Assembly: GCA_965372795.1 (NCBI GenBank) | Contig: CBDVDR010000003.1 | Span: 178,265-242,264 of the forward strand | DNA: 64,000 bases | Direction: 5' to 3' | Source: an uncultured bacterium | GTDB taxonomy: Bacteria; Zixibacteria; MSB-5A5; GN15; FEB-12 | Shown: positions 17,981 to 27,000 of the stretch, piece after piece | Layout of the letters: the number at the start of each line of letters is the position of its first letter | Numbering within the stretch: the first letter of the stretch is position 1 | Notes under the pieces: model-generated | Databases searched by the model: none | What the model saw: the letters and a program-made list of their open reading frames with translations, nothing else | What the model was told of the DNA's origin: nothing | Program-made: the position numbers and the translations under genes

Positions 17981-18452
17981 GAAAAATCACACAAAGTGTG
18001 CGAAGTATACAAAGTGTGCGAAGTGTGTAAAAGACATCACTATGTCAAAAGTGAGCAAACGAACCCATTTGAAAATCACACGAAGTGTGTCAGGTGCACA
18101 GGGCTCCTGACCTACCCAGATCTGTTGGGTCACAATTTGCCTTTGGCAAATCAAGACCCAACAGAACAAGGCAAACTAGTCAAAGACATCACTATGTCAA
18201 AAGTGAGCAAACGAACCCATTTCTTTGTAAGGATATATTATCGTTATGCTTACAGCGATTATTTGACATTTGGAAATTAGTGGAAATAAAAAAACACACT
18301 ATGTGTGTCGCCAGAGAAAATCATACGAAGTGTGCGAAGTATACAAAGTGTGCGAAGTATACGAAGTGTGTAAAAGACATCACTATGTCAAAAGTGAGCA
18401 AACGAACCCATTATTGTTGTACTATCTTATAAGAGAAAGTGTTACAGCGATT
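17981..18452. repeat. Composite repeat: three identical 40-bp units, 9-bp tandem runs, a minus-strand GTAG REP and a long hairpin
   Basis: AAAGACATCACTATGTCAAAAGTGAGCAAACGAACCCATT at 18030, 18182 and 18373; C(G/A)AAGT(G/A)T(G/A) x4 (17992-18027) and x5 (18326-18370); REP 18089-18115; hairpin 18121-18165. Confidence 0.9.
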
Positions 18453-18515
18453 CTTTATAAATTTACAACAAACTTTAACTGGAACAACCATGTCCAATTT
18501 TGTATTTTAAAATCA

Positions 18516-19160
18516 ATGGAACTTATTCTGATATTTTTTAACTCATTCATCGTCGGGTTCTCGGGCGCCATGATGCCCGGTCCGCTTCTGGTGGTCGGAA
18601 TCGCCGAAACTCCCCGTCATGGCTGGCAAACCGGTCCGATAATCTCAATCGGTCATGCTATCGCCGAAATCGCCGTAGTCGTTTTGCTGTCGCTCGGTCT
18701 GGTTGCGGTTGCTGAAAACCCAATCGTAGTCTCAGCCATTGGAATTGTCGGCGGGTCGGCTCTGACCCTGATGGGTTTGAAAATGGGTTACGATATAATC
18801 AGAAACCGCGTCAACTATGATGCTGTTGAAGGTGAGCAAAAAGGTAATCATAAACTTGTCGGTGAAGGAATCACAGCGACCCTTGCTAATCCTTACTGGT
18901 TTGTCTGGTGGGGGACAATCGGACTGGCCTTGATTATTGACTCGCTCAAATTTGGTTATGTCGGAGCGATTGTTTTTTATTTTGGTCATATCCTATCGGA
19001 TTTTGTCTGGTATACGGTGGTAACAATAATATTGTGGACCGGTAAAAAACTTATTATGGGTACCGGGTTGCGGGTGCTTATTGGTTTGTGTTCAATATTT
19101 TTAGTTTATCTCGGAATCTCTTTTATAATTGATGGTTTCTCCGGATCAATATTGTTATAG
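18516..19160 (+). CDS. LysE family translocator
   Basis: GFSGAMMPGPL and NPYWFVWW; start moved to ATG 18516 because the longer ORF runs through the repeat. Confidence 0.85.
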   Translation: MELILIFFNSFIVGFSGAMMPGPLLVVGIAETPRHGWQTGPIISIGHAIAEIAVVVLLSLGLVAVAENPIVVSAIGIVGGSALTLMGLKMGYDIIRNRVNYDAVEGEQKGNHKLVGEGITATLANPYWFVWWGTIGLALIIDSLKFGYVGAIVFYFGHILSDFVWYTVVTIILWTGKKLIMGTGLRVLIGLCSIFLVYLGISFIIDGFSGSILL

Positions 19161-19193
19161 AACTCACGAAATTGATAAAGCTCACGAAGTGAG

Positions 19194-19769
19194 TTATTCG
19201 AAGCGTTCCTCGCCTAAGATTATCTCATGAAGTTTATCATAGATCGGACCGTTGGGAGTCAATGTAGATTTGAACAGGCAGAGTTTGTTAAGCACAAGCG
19301 GGATTTCATCAAACTTATAAGATTGCATATAATCGGTCAGATGATCAATATCCCGACCCCGCACCCGACCTAAGGTAAGATGAGCTTTGAATCTCCGGTT
19401 CTCTTTTTCAAAACCATGCTGGCTCATGAGGTGGTCGATTTTTTCAGCCAGGTTTATCAGATCATCATTTTCGGTTTCGAGTCCGCTCCAGATAACTCTT
19501 GGTTTGATAAGATTCGGGAACCCGCCGATTTTAATTATTTTGCAATTTATTGATTGAAATTTTTGTCCGGCTTTTGAAATATCTTCTTTGATATTCTCAA
19601 TCAGATTTTTGTCGGTTTCGCCCAAGAATTTGAGCGTCAGATGAGAGTTTTTCGGATTGACCCATTTAACCGCTGAACGGTCGGAACAATGTTTATTTAA
19701 ATCATCAATGATATTACTAAGCGAGCTTTTGATTTCTTTGGGAAGTTCAAGCGCGATAAAAAGACGCAT
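19194..19769 (-). CDS. thpR: RNA 2',3'-cyclic phosphodiesterase
   Basis: MRLFIAL and two HxT motifs (HLTLKFLG, HLTLGR). Confidence 0.93.
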   Translation of the reverse strand: MRLFIALELPKEIKSSLSNIIDDLNKHCSDRSAVKWVNPKNSHLTLKFLGETDKNLIENIKEDISKAGQKFQSINCKIIKIGGFPNLIKPRVIWSGLETENDDLINLAEKIDHLMSQHGFEKENRRFKAHLTLGRVRGRDIDHLTDYMQSYKFDEIPLVLNKLCLFKSTLTPNGPIYDKLHEIILGEERFE

Positions 19770-19772
19770 GGT

Positions 19773-21011
19773 TTACAGATCCAGAATTTCACGCCGGAGT
19801 AATTCCAAAGCTGTATACGAGGCTCTGGTGCGATTCACATCTCTATCGGTTCCGAAGATAAATTTTTTGGCAAATTTGTTATGTGCTGAGGAAAGCCCGA
19901 TATAAGTTGTGCCGACCGATTTTTCTTCAGTTGCTCCGTCCGGTCCGGCGATGCCGGTGATTGAGATGGCATAGCTGCTGTTGAGCAGTTTCCTTGCTCC
20001 TTCGGCCATGGCAATAGCGCATTCTTCGGAAACAGCCCCATGTTCTTTCAATATTTCTTCGGGTACTTTGAGCAGATCCATTTTTATATCATTGGAATAA
20101 GAAATAACACCGCCGATAAAATATTTCGATGCTCCCGGGGCAGAGGTAAGGACTTTGCCTAATTCGCCGCCGGTGCATGATTCGGCAACGGCTAAGGTTT
20201 TATCATTGTCAATCAGAAGCTGGCCAATGACACCCTCAAGATTTTCATCATCCTGACCATAAATATATTTGCTGCAGACAGAATTTATATGAGTTACCAA
20301 ACGATTAACTTTTTGTTCGGCTTCATCAGGACTGTTAGCCCTTGAGATGATTCTTAAATCAACACCATCATAACCGGGGAGATAGGCAAGTTTGGTTCCC
20401 TGAGGAATTTTAAGATTTGGTTTGATAAGTTCGGCTATGGTAGCCTCGGAAATATTTACGGTATGAAGCGTGGTAACAAAGGTGCTCAAATTAGTTTTTA
20501 AACCTCTAAGATAGGGAAGAACTTCATCGGTTAAAATTTGTATCATCTCTTTTGGAACGCCGGGTAGAGCAATAAAAATTTTTCCTTTTTCAGTAATACA
20601 TATCCCGACGGCAGAACCGTTTTTGTTAGGAAAGAAACTGGCACCCTGAGGAAGTAACGCCTGGTTTTGTACAATTGCGGGCATCACCATCCCGCGTTTG
20701 ACAAACCGGTCTTTGAGTTCTTCCAGAACATCCTCATGGAAAATCAGATTGCGTCTGAAAACTTTTACAATTCCTTTTTTGGTGATGTCATCATCGGTCG
20801 GTCCCAATCCTCCGGTAGTAATCACGAGGCTGGTACGGCTAAGAGCTAAGCGAATACCTTTTTCGATTTCATCTAAAGAATCACCGATAGATGATTGGTA
20901 TTTTACGTTAATTCCTACCGCAGTCAGTTGACGGGCGATAAAAACAGCATTTGTATTTGTTGTGTGACCGCTTAAAAGTTCGTCACCAATAGTCAGAATT
21001 TCAGCATCCAT
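19773..21011 (-). CDS. cinA: Competence/damage-inducible protein A (MoCF domain plus PncC domain)
   Basis: IGDELLSG, GGLGPTDDDIT, AESCTGG, SITGIAGPDG. Confidence 0.95.
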   Translation of the reverse strand: MDAEILTIGDELLSGHTTNTNAVFIARQLTAVGINVKYQSSIGDSLDEIEKGIRLALSRTSLVITTGGLGPTDDDITKKGIVKVFRRNLIFHEDVLEELKDRFVKRGMVMPAIVQNQALLPQGASFFPNKNGSAVGICITEKGKIFIALPGVPKEMIQILTDEVLPYLRGLKTNLSTFVTTLHTVNISEATIAELIKPNLKIPQGTKLAYLPGYDGVDLRIISRANSPDEAEQKVNRLVTHINSVCSKYIYGQDDENLEGVIGQLLIDNDKTLAVAESCTGGELGKVLTSAPGASKYFIGGVISYSNDIKMDLLKVPEEILKEHGAVSEECAIAMAEGARKLLNSSYAISITGIAGPDGATEEKSVGTTYIGLSSAHNKFAKKFIFGTDRDVNRTRASYTALELLRREILDL

Positions 21012-21029
21012 TATTTATCCTGAATTGTT

Positions 21030-21479
21030 TTATCTGTTTACAAAATAAATCAGTAATTGGATGAATATATTTGCCTGAATTCCAGCAACTACATCATCCA
21101 TCGTAATTCCCCATCCGCCGGGAAGTTTTTCAAGCTGTCTTGCGGGTGGAATTTTTATAACATCAAAAACCCTGAAGGCTATAAAAGCTATAATATAATT
21201 AGTTAATGTAAAGGGTATGAATAAGAAGGTGATAAACATCCCCGCCCATTCATCAATCACAATTATTTTAGCATCATGTCCAAATTGTTTTTCGGCTTCG
21301 TTGGCGCTCCAGATTGAGATTAAGGTAGTGACTAGAGCCACGATTACGCCCGCAACAGGGTCACCTTTTATAATAAAATAACCGATCAACCAGGCCGGGA
21401 TAGTTCCCCAGGTGCCGGAAAAGGGTTTCATGTAACCGGAATATAAGCCGGTAGCAATAAGTTTAACCAAGTGGTGCAC
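21030..21479 (-). CDS. pgpA: Phosphatidylglycerophosphatase A
   Basis: IVIDEWAGM, FRVFDVIK, GITMDDVVAG. Confidence 0.93.
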   Translation of the reverse strand: MHHLVKLIATGLYSGYMKPFSGTWGTIPAWLIGYFIIKGDPVAGVIVALVTTLISIWSANEAEKQFGHDAKIIVIDEWAGMFITFLFIPFTLTNYIIAFIAFRVFDVIKIPPARQLEKLPGGWGITMDDVVAGIQANIFIQLLIYFVNR

Positions 21480-21488
21480 AAAAATCCT

Positions 21489-22076
21489 CTATTTTAAAGC
21501 AGTTTTTATCATATAAAAATATTTCACAATATAATCAACGCCAGTCCAAACCGTAATAATAGCAGTTAGCCAGGTAAGAAGATTAAAATAAAACTGGTAG
21601 TCAAACTGAAAATATTCAATAGCCGGGCTTTCAAAAAATTCAAGCGAGCTGATCAAATTTATATATCCGAGCATCAGTCCGACAATTCCCATTTGAAGGA
21701 ATGTTTTAATTTTTGCCCACCATGAGGGAGGGATGATAATTCCCCGATAAGCGGCTAACAGACGCAATCCGGTTATAGCAAACTCTCGCCCAATGATTAA
21801 CATCACCGGCAGAGGTGAGACATATTTTAAAGAGATAAAGGCGATCAGAGCCGATGAGACGAGAATTTTATCAGCCAGAGGGTCCATGAATTTACCGAAT
21901 CCGGTAACAATCCCGTATTTACGGGCGTAATATCCATCGGCTAAATCTGTTAATGAAGCCAAAATAAATAAACCCAGAGCTATTAGTCTCATGTAGTAAC
22001 TGTCCAATATCAAGCAATACATAAATATTGGAGCGATTACAATCCGGGATAACGTTAGTTTGTTCGGCGTATTCAT
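21489..22076 (-). CDS. pgsA: CDP-diacylglycerol--glycerol-3-phosphate 3-phosphatidyltransferase
   Basis: PNKLT...DLADGYYAR...GKFMDPLADK. Confidence 0.95.
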   Translation of the reverse strand: MNTPNKLTLSRIVIAPIFMYCLILDSYYMRLIALGLFILASLTDLADGYYARKYGIVTGFGKFMDPLADKILVSSALIAFISLKYVSPLPVMLIIGREFAITGLRLLAAYRGIIIPPSWWAKIKTFLQMGIVGLMLGYINLISSLEFFESPAIEYFQFDYQFYFNLLTWLTAIITVWTGVDYIVKYFYMIKTALK

Positions 22077-22084
22077 GGATTGGT

Positions 22085-22113
22085 AAGTTAGGCTATGTTA
22101 AGAGGACTGTCAA
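22085..22113 (-). promoter_or_regulatory. Promoter of the pgsA operon (near-leaderless)
   Basis: TTGACA-N17-TAACTT, 8 nt before the ATG. Confidence 0.6.
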
Positions 22114-22119
22114 TTAGGA

Positions 22120-22150
22120 AATGCCGGAAGAATAAGTCTCTTCCGGCATT
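22120..22150 (-). terminator. Hairpin, probable terminator after the cytochrome c gene
   Basis: AATGCCGGAAGA...TCTTCCGGCATT; weak U tract. Confidence 0.5.
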
Positions 22151-22177
22151 GTAGATGGCTCATTGAACTTTAGAATA

Positions 22178-22435
22178 TCAGTTGTTTTCAATCAAAAAAT
22201 CAGTAATTCTGGTGATCTGCTCCTGGCTTAATTTTGCCTTTTTACCGTATCGGTTTACAATTATGGGCCAGTCTTCATCACTTTTGGCCTTGGCTTTGGG
22301 GAGCATGTGACAGGTCTGGCAATTGGAACGAAATTCCTTTTCAGCCAGTGAGATGTTTTCATTGCCCGCCGATGACGGGGAGCACCCGATTGAAATAATC
22401 AGTAAACCAAGAATTAGTAATAATAATTTATTCAT
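22178..22435 (-). CDS. Small monoheme cytochrome c lipoprotein
   Basis: Lipobox-like ISIGC; CQTCH heme-binding motif. Confidence 0.75.
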   Translation of the reverse strand: MNKLLLLILGLLIISIGCSPSSAGNENISLAEKEFRSNCQTCHMLPKAKAKSDEDWPIIVNRYGKKAKLSQEQITRITDFLIENN

Positions 22436-22447
22436 GTTAAAACTATT

Positions 22448-23161
22448 TTATAATCCAATACCCATAATAAAACGAACCCGGGCATCATTGCTTTCATCAG
22501 TTAATCCCCAGGCATACCCAACTGTGAAAAAAGTGTTGCCGGTAGCATAGGAGACTGTCGGACCAAAATAGGACCCAAATTCATTATCTTCATCATTTAA
22601 AAATTTATATCGTGAAGTTGATTCCATACCAAATGAAATTCTATATGATGGAGCGTATGAAACACCGGCATCAAAGCCAACTTCATGTATTGGATCACCG
22701 GGACCCCAGAAAAATTCGTATACAGGATTAAAGGAGATATTAGTTTTTTCGATATCTTTTGCCAAAATCAGCTTGGCTTCAAATTTATTTTTGAGTTTCA
22801 AATCAGTTTTGCGCTGATACTCAAGATAAAGAAGAGGATCCATAAATAATTCGCCGTACTGAGCTAATTTGTAACGGGTACGAACTTGAAAAGCATCCCA
22901 TTTTAAAGCTTCACCTTCATTTTGAGAAAATATCTGATAAACCGCTAAATCCATATTGGGCGTTACACCCTGCTCAACCTCAATGCGATATTCCCATTTG
23001 TTGGTAATATCAAGCTTTGTGGTTTGATAAAACTCTAATTCAGAGGCACCTTCGGCTATTGTAGTAAACTGATAAGTCCATACATATTTTCTGCGGTCAG
23101 CAAAACTGTTGGGGACAACAAAGAGCAAGACCAACGCTACCAATAACAATTTTTTGTACAT
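22448..23161 (-). CDS. Putative outer-membrane beta-barrel protein
   Basis: Signal peptide; alternating aromatic/hydrophobic strands; C-terminal RVRFIMGIGL; AAGGAG RBS. Confidence 0.65.
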   Translation of the reverse strand: MYKKLLLVALVLLFVVPNSFADRRKYVWTYQFTTIAEGASELEFYQTTKLDITNKWEYRIEVEQGVTPNMDLAVYQIFSQNEGEALKWDAFQVRTRYKLAQYGELFMDPLLYLEYQRKTDLKLKNKFEAKLILAKDIEKTNISFNPVYEFFWGPGDPIHEVGFDAGVSYAPSYRISFGMESTSRYKFLNDEDNEFGSYFGPTVSYATGNTFFTVGYAWGLTDESNDARVRFIMGIGL

Positions 23162-23194
23162 CGAACAGAACTCCTTCTAAAGATTAATTCACCC

Positions 23195-23264
23195 AATGAA
23201 AATGATTTTCATTTTCATTGCTGTTAACGAGACAGATTATACCCTGAATTAATGAGCTTGTCAA
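23195..23264 (-). promoter_or_regulatory. Consensus sigma70 promoter with a downstream Fur-box-like operator
   Basis: Minus strand TTGACA(23264-23259)-N17-TATAAT(23241-23236); perfect 9-1-9 inverted repeat AATGAAAAT-G-ATTTTCATT at 23195-23213. Confidence 0.75.
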
Positions 23265-23348
23265 GAGAGTAATTTAATTATTGATCATTTTTTAAATTTA
23301 AAAAATTAGAATGATTTTGGAATAAATTGTTTGTGAGAAAATATTAAT

Positions 23349-23430
23349 AAAAAAACCCAAGTAGGAAGAAACCTACTTGGGTGGACGATATTAGGTAATC
23401 CACAGAAAGAGTAACACTTTCCGATTGCAC
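23349..23430 (-). ncRNA. Candidate small RNA of about 80 nt
   Basis: TTGACA-N16-TATTTT (23462-23435); two short hairpins; 11-bp terminator stem plus U7; no ORF. Confidence 0.5.
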
Positions 23431-23613
23431 TTTTAAAATAATAGAATTGTAAATTTTGTCAAGAGAAAAATTTGTAATATTCTCAGATATTAATCAGTGA
23501 TAGCAGGTAAAGAATTAATACAATAGGTAGTTGCAGAAAGTAGCATGGACTAATATGGTCGCTGAATAGGACTATGACATAAAACCGCAGCAATTTCAAA
23601 TAAAAGGGAAAGA

Positions 23614-23657
23614 TTATCCACACTTATGTGGGAAAATTGTTGAAAGATTGTTTATAC
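23614..23657. promoter_or_regulatory. DnaA-box cluster
   Basis: Perfect TTATCCACA at 23614, then degenerate reverse boxes at an 11-bp period (23627, 23638, 23649); further near-boxes at 23780 and 23967. Confidence 0.55.
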
Positions 23658-23881
23658 GTTCGTAAGTATGTGTCGTGCAAAGACTAACGTATGAGTGAGA
23701 TATTGAAATAAAATGTTCAAGTAGGCATTAATTATCATGTCCCCGTAAGGTGGTGTATTGCAACGAAGTATAGGTACTATGTTTATAATTATTATTGAAT
23801 GTGAACTTCATATTAATATCATGAATTGTAAAAAACCTCTATGGTTTTGATTTCCAATCAAATAGGGAATATAAATAAATA

Positions 23882-23928
23882 ACACAATTTTTAGTAGTTG
23901 GGTTAACTACAGATACAATATATTGTAC
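23882..23928 (+). promoter_or_regulatory. Tandem NrdR boxes
   Basis: ACACAATTTTTAGTAG (23882) and ATACAATATATTGTAC (23913), 31 bp apart, upstream of the RNR gene. Confidence 0.8.
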
Positions 23929-24070
23929 CTCTGAATTAGGGCTACATGGCGGAGGAGACCTAGAGTTATGGATAAATGCGTGGTAAATATAAACTCTGAA
24001 ATAATAATTAAAAGCCTGAAAAATGGATTTTGGCTATTCAGAGATTTTTTGAAAATACAGGAGGTATAGG

Positions 24071-27000
24071 TTGAGAGTACAACGCTTTTTTACCCATGAG
24101 GGCGAATCGCCTTACAGTCGGATAAATTTTACTAAAAAGTCTTCTGAAATAAAGAATCCTGATGGATCGACAGTTTTTAAGCATGAGAATATTGATGTTC
24201 CCGAGCACTGGTCACAGGTTGCAGTAGATATTTTAGCACAAAAATATTTTAGAAGAGCGGGTGTTCCTCAAACTGATAAAAAGGGTAAGCCGGTTGTCGA
24301 TGAAAACGGTAATCAGGTTTTGGGTAGTGAATCTGATGCTCGTCAGGTATTTGATCGTATGGCAGGTTGCTGGCGTTATTGGGGTGAAACACATAGTTAC
24401 TTTGATACTAAGGAAGACGCCCAAATATTCTATGATGAATTGTCACATATGCTGGCAGCTCAGATAGCTGCACCTAATTCTCCTCAATGGTTTAACACCG
24501 GTCTTCATCGCTCTTACAATATTACAGGTGTTGCAAATGGTCATTATTATGTTGATCCTAAGACACACGAGTTAACTCAAGCCACTAATGCTTATGAACA
24601 TCCTCAGCCACATGCTTGTTTTATACAATCTGTTTCCGATGATCTCGTTAACGAAGGCGGGATAATGGATTTATGGGTTCGGGAAGCAAGGTTGTTTAAG
24701 TATGGTTCCGGAACGGGCAGTAATTTTTCAAAAATCCGTGGTGGCGGTGAATCTTTATCGGGTGGCGGTAATTCTTCCGGTCTGATGTCATTTTTAAAAA
24801 TTGGAGATCGGGCAGCGGGGGCGATAAAATCAGGCGGTACTACCAGGCGAGCGGCAAAGATGGTTTGTTTGGATATTGATCATCCTGATATTGAAGAATT
24901 TATTGCCTGGAAAGTGATTGAGGAACAAAAGGTTGCGGCCTTGGTAACCGGTTCAAAAATAATCAAATTACAGTTAAAAGAAATTTTAAGTTCAATAAAG
25001 ATTACCAGTGACAATGGTAATTCTATTGTTGAAGTTGATCCTAAGAAAAATAAGAAATTAAACGAAGCTCTCAAAGTTGCTCGGCGTCTTTGTGTTCCTC
25101 AACCGTATATTAAAAAGATTCTGGAATTTGCATCCCAGGGATTTACCAATATCGATTTTATTGATCTCGATACTAACTGGGAAAGTGATGCTTATATGAC
25201 GGTATCGGGTCAGAACTCAAATAATTCGATAAGAATACCAAACGAATTTTTTGAACGGCTCAAAGATGGTAAAGACTGGGAATTGTTAAACAGGACTGAT
25301 GGAAAAGTTTGCAAGACTATTCCTTCATCTGAATTGTGGGAGAAAATCTGTCATTCTGCGTGGGCCTGTGCTGATCCGGGGGTACAGTATGATACGACAA
25401 TTAACGAATGGCATACATGTCCTGAAGATGGTCGAATCAATGCTTCGAATCCCTGTTCGGAATATATGTTTCTTGATGATACGGCCTGTAATTTAGCTTC
25501 GATCAATTTGGTTAAGTTTTTAAAAGATGATGGTACTTTTGATATCAAAGGTTATCGTCATGCAATCAATTTGTGGACCATTGTCCTTGAGATATCAGTT
25601 TTGATGGCTTCATATCCTTCAAAACCGGTAGCTCAAAAAAGTTTTGAATATCGAACTTTGGGTTTAGGTTTTGCAAACTTAGGCACTCTATTGATGCAGA
25701 TGGGAATTCCTTATTCATCTCAGGAAGGTTATGCCTGGTGTGGCGTTTTGAGCGGAATTCTTACGGGACAAGCTTATCTGACTTCTGCTGAAATGGCAAA
25801 AGAGCAGGGACCTTTCCCCGGATTTTATCGCAACCGTGAACATATGTTACGGGTAGTCAGGAATCATCGCCGGGCTTCTTATAATACAGATAAGTCGGAA
25901 TATGAAGAACTGACCGTAAAACCAACGGGTATTAATCCCAATTACCTTCCGGAGGATATTGTAAAATCTGCCCGTTCGGCCTGGGATGAAGCATTGGAAA
26001 TGGGTGAAATTTACGGTTACCGTAATGCTCAGTCGACCGTTGTTGCTCCGACCGGAACAATCGGTTTGGTAATGGATTGTGATACAACCGGTATTGAGCC
26101 AGATTTTGCTTTGGTCAAATTTAAAAAACTTGCCGGCGGCGGTTATTTCAAAATTATAAACAATTCTGTTCCGATAGCTTTGGAAAAGATGGGCTATGAT
26201 GATGAACAGGTTGAAGAAATAATTCTATATGCTACCGGGCATAAAACTTTGAAGCAGGCACCGTTTATCAATCATGAATCTCTGAAAGCAAAAGGTTTTG
26301 GTGATGAAGAACTTGAAAAGATAGAAGAAAGTCTTGGAAGTGTATTTGATGTATCATTTGCTTTTAACAAATTCAATCTTGGTGAAGAGTTTTTAAAAGA
26401 TACACTTGGTTTTTCTGATGAAATTATAAATGACTGGGACTTTAATTTATTAAAGGAACTCGGTTTTACCAAGGAACAGATTGAGGCTGCCAATGAGTAT
26501 TGTTGTGGAACGATGACCATCGAAGGGGCTCCTCATATAAACGAAAAACATCTGGCTGTTTTTGACTGTGCCAACAGGTGTGGTAAGATCGGTCAAAGAT
26601 TTATTAAATTTGAAGCTCATATTCGAATGATGGCTGCCTCTCAATCATTTATTTCCGGAGCAATTTCAAAAACTATTAATATGCCGGCGGAAGCATCTAT
26701 TGACGATGTTAAAAAGGCTTACCGTATGTCCTGGGAGGGCATGACTAAAGCGATAGCTTTGTATCGTGATGGTTCGAAATTGAGCCAGCCGCTTAATGCA
26801 TCATTAATTGATGATGATGATGTTGACGATATTGACGATATCATGACCGTTGAGAAAACAGCGGAAGCGATGGCTAAGAAAGTAATTTATCGTTACATCG
26901 CCAAACGCCGCAAACTTCCGAATCGTCGCGCCGGGTATACTCAGAAAGCAGTGGTTGGCGGACATAAATTGTATTTGCGCACCGGTGATTATTCTGATGG

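Noticed and set aside
12487..18452. Canonical CRISPR arrays in the repeat regions
   Set aside because: Repeat and spacer lengths (about 64/26, 8/10 and 40/112-151 bp) and copy numbers do not fit, and there are no cas genes in the window.
17948..18515. ORFs with VCEV/KCAKY repeats resembling Cys-rich proteins, including the long N-terminal extension of lysE
   Set aside because: They arise in several frames from the 9-bp and 40-bp DNA repeats; LysE similarity starts at ATG 18516.
19160..19200. recA expected after pgsA-pgpA-cinA-thpR
   Set aside because: Absent here (lysE converges instead); this synteny break is common and no remnant is visible.
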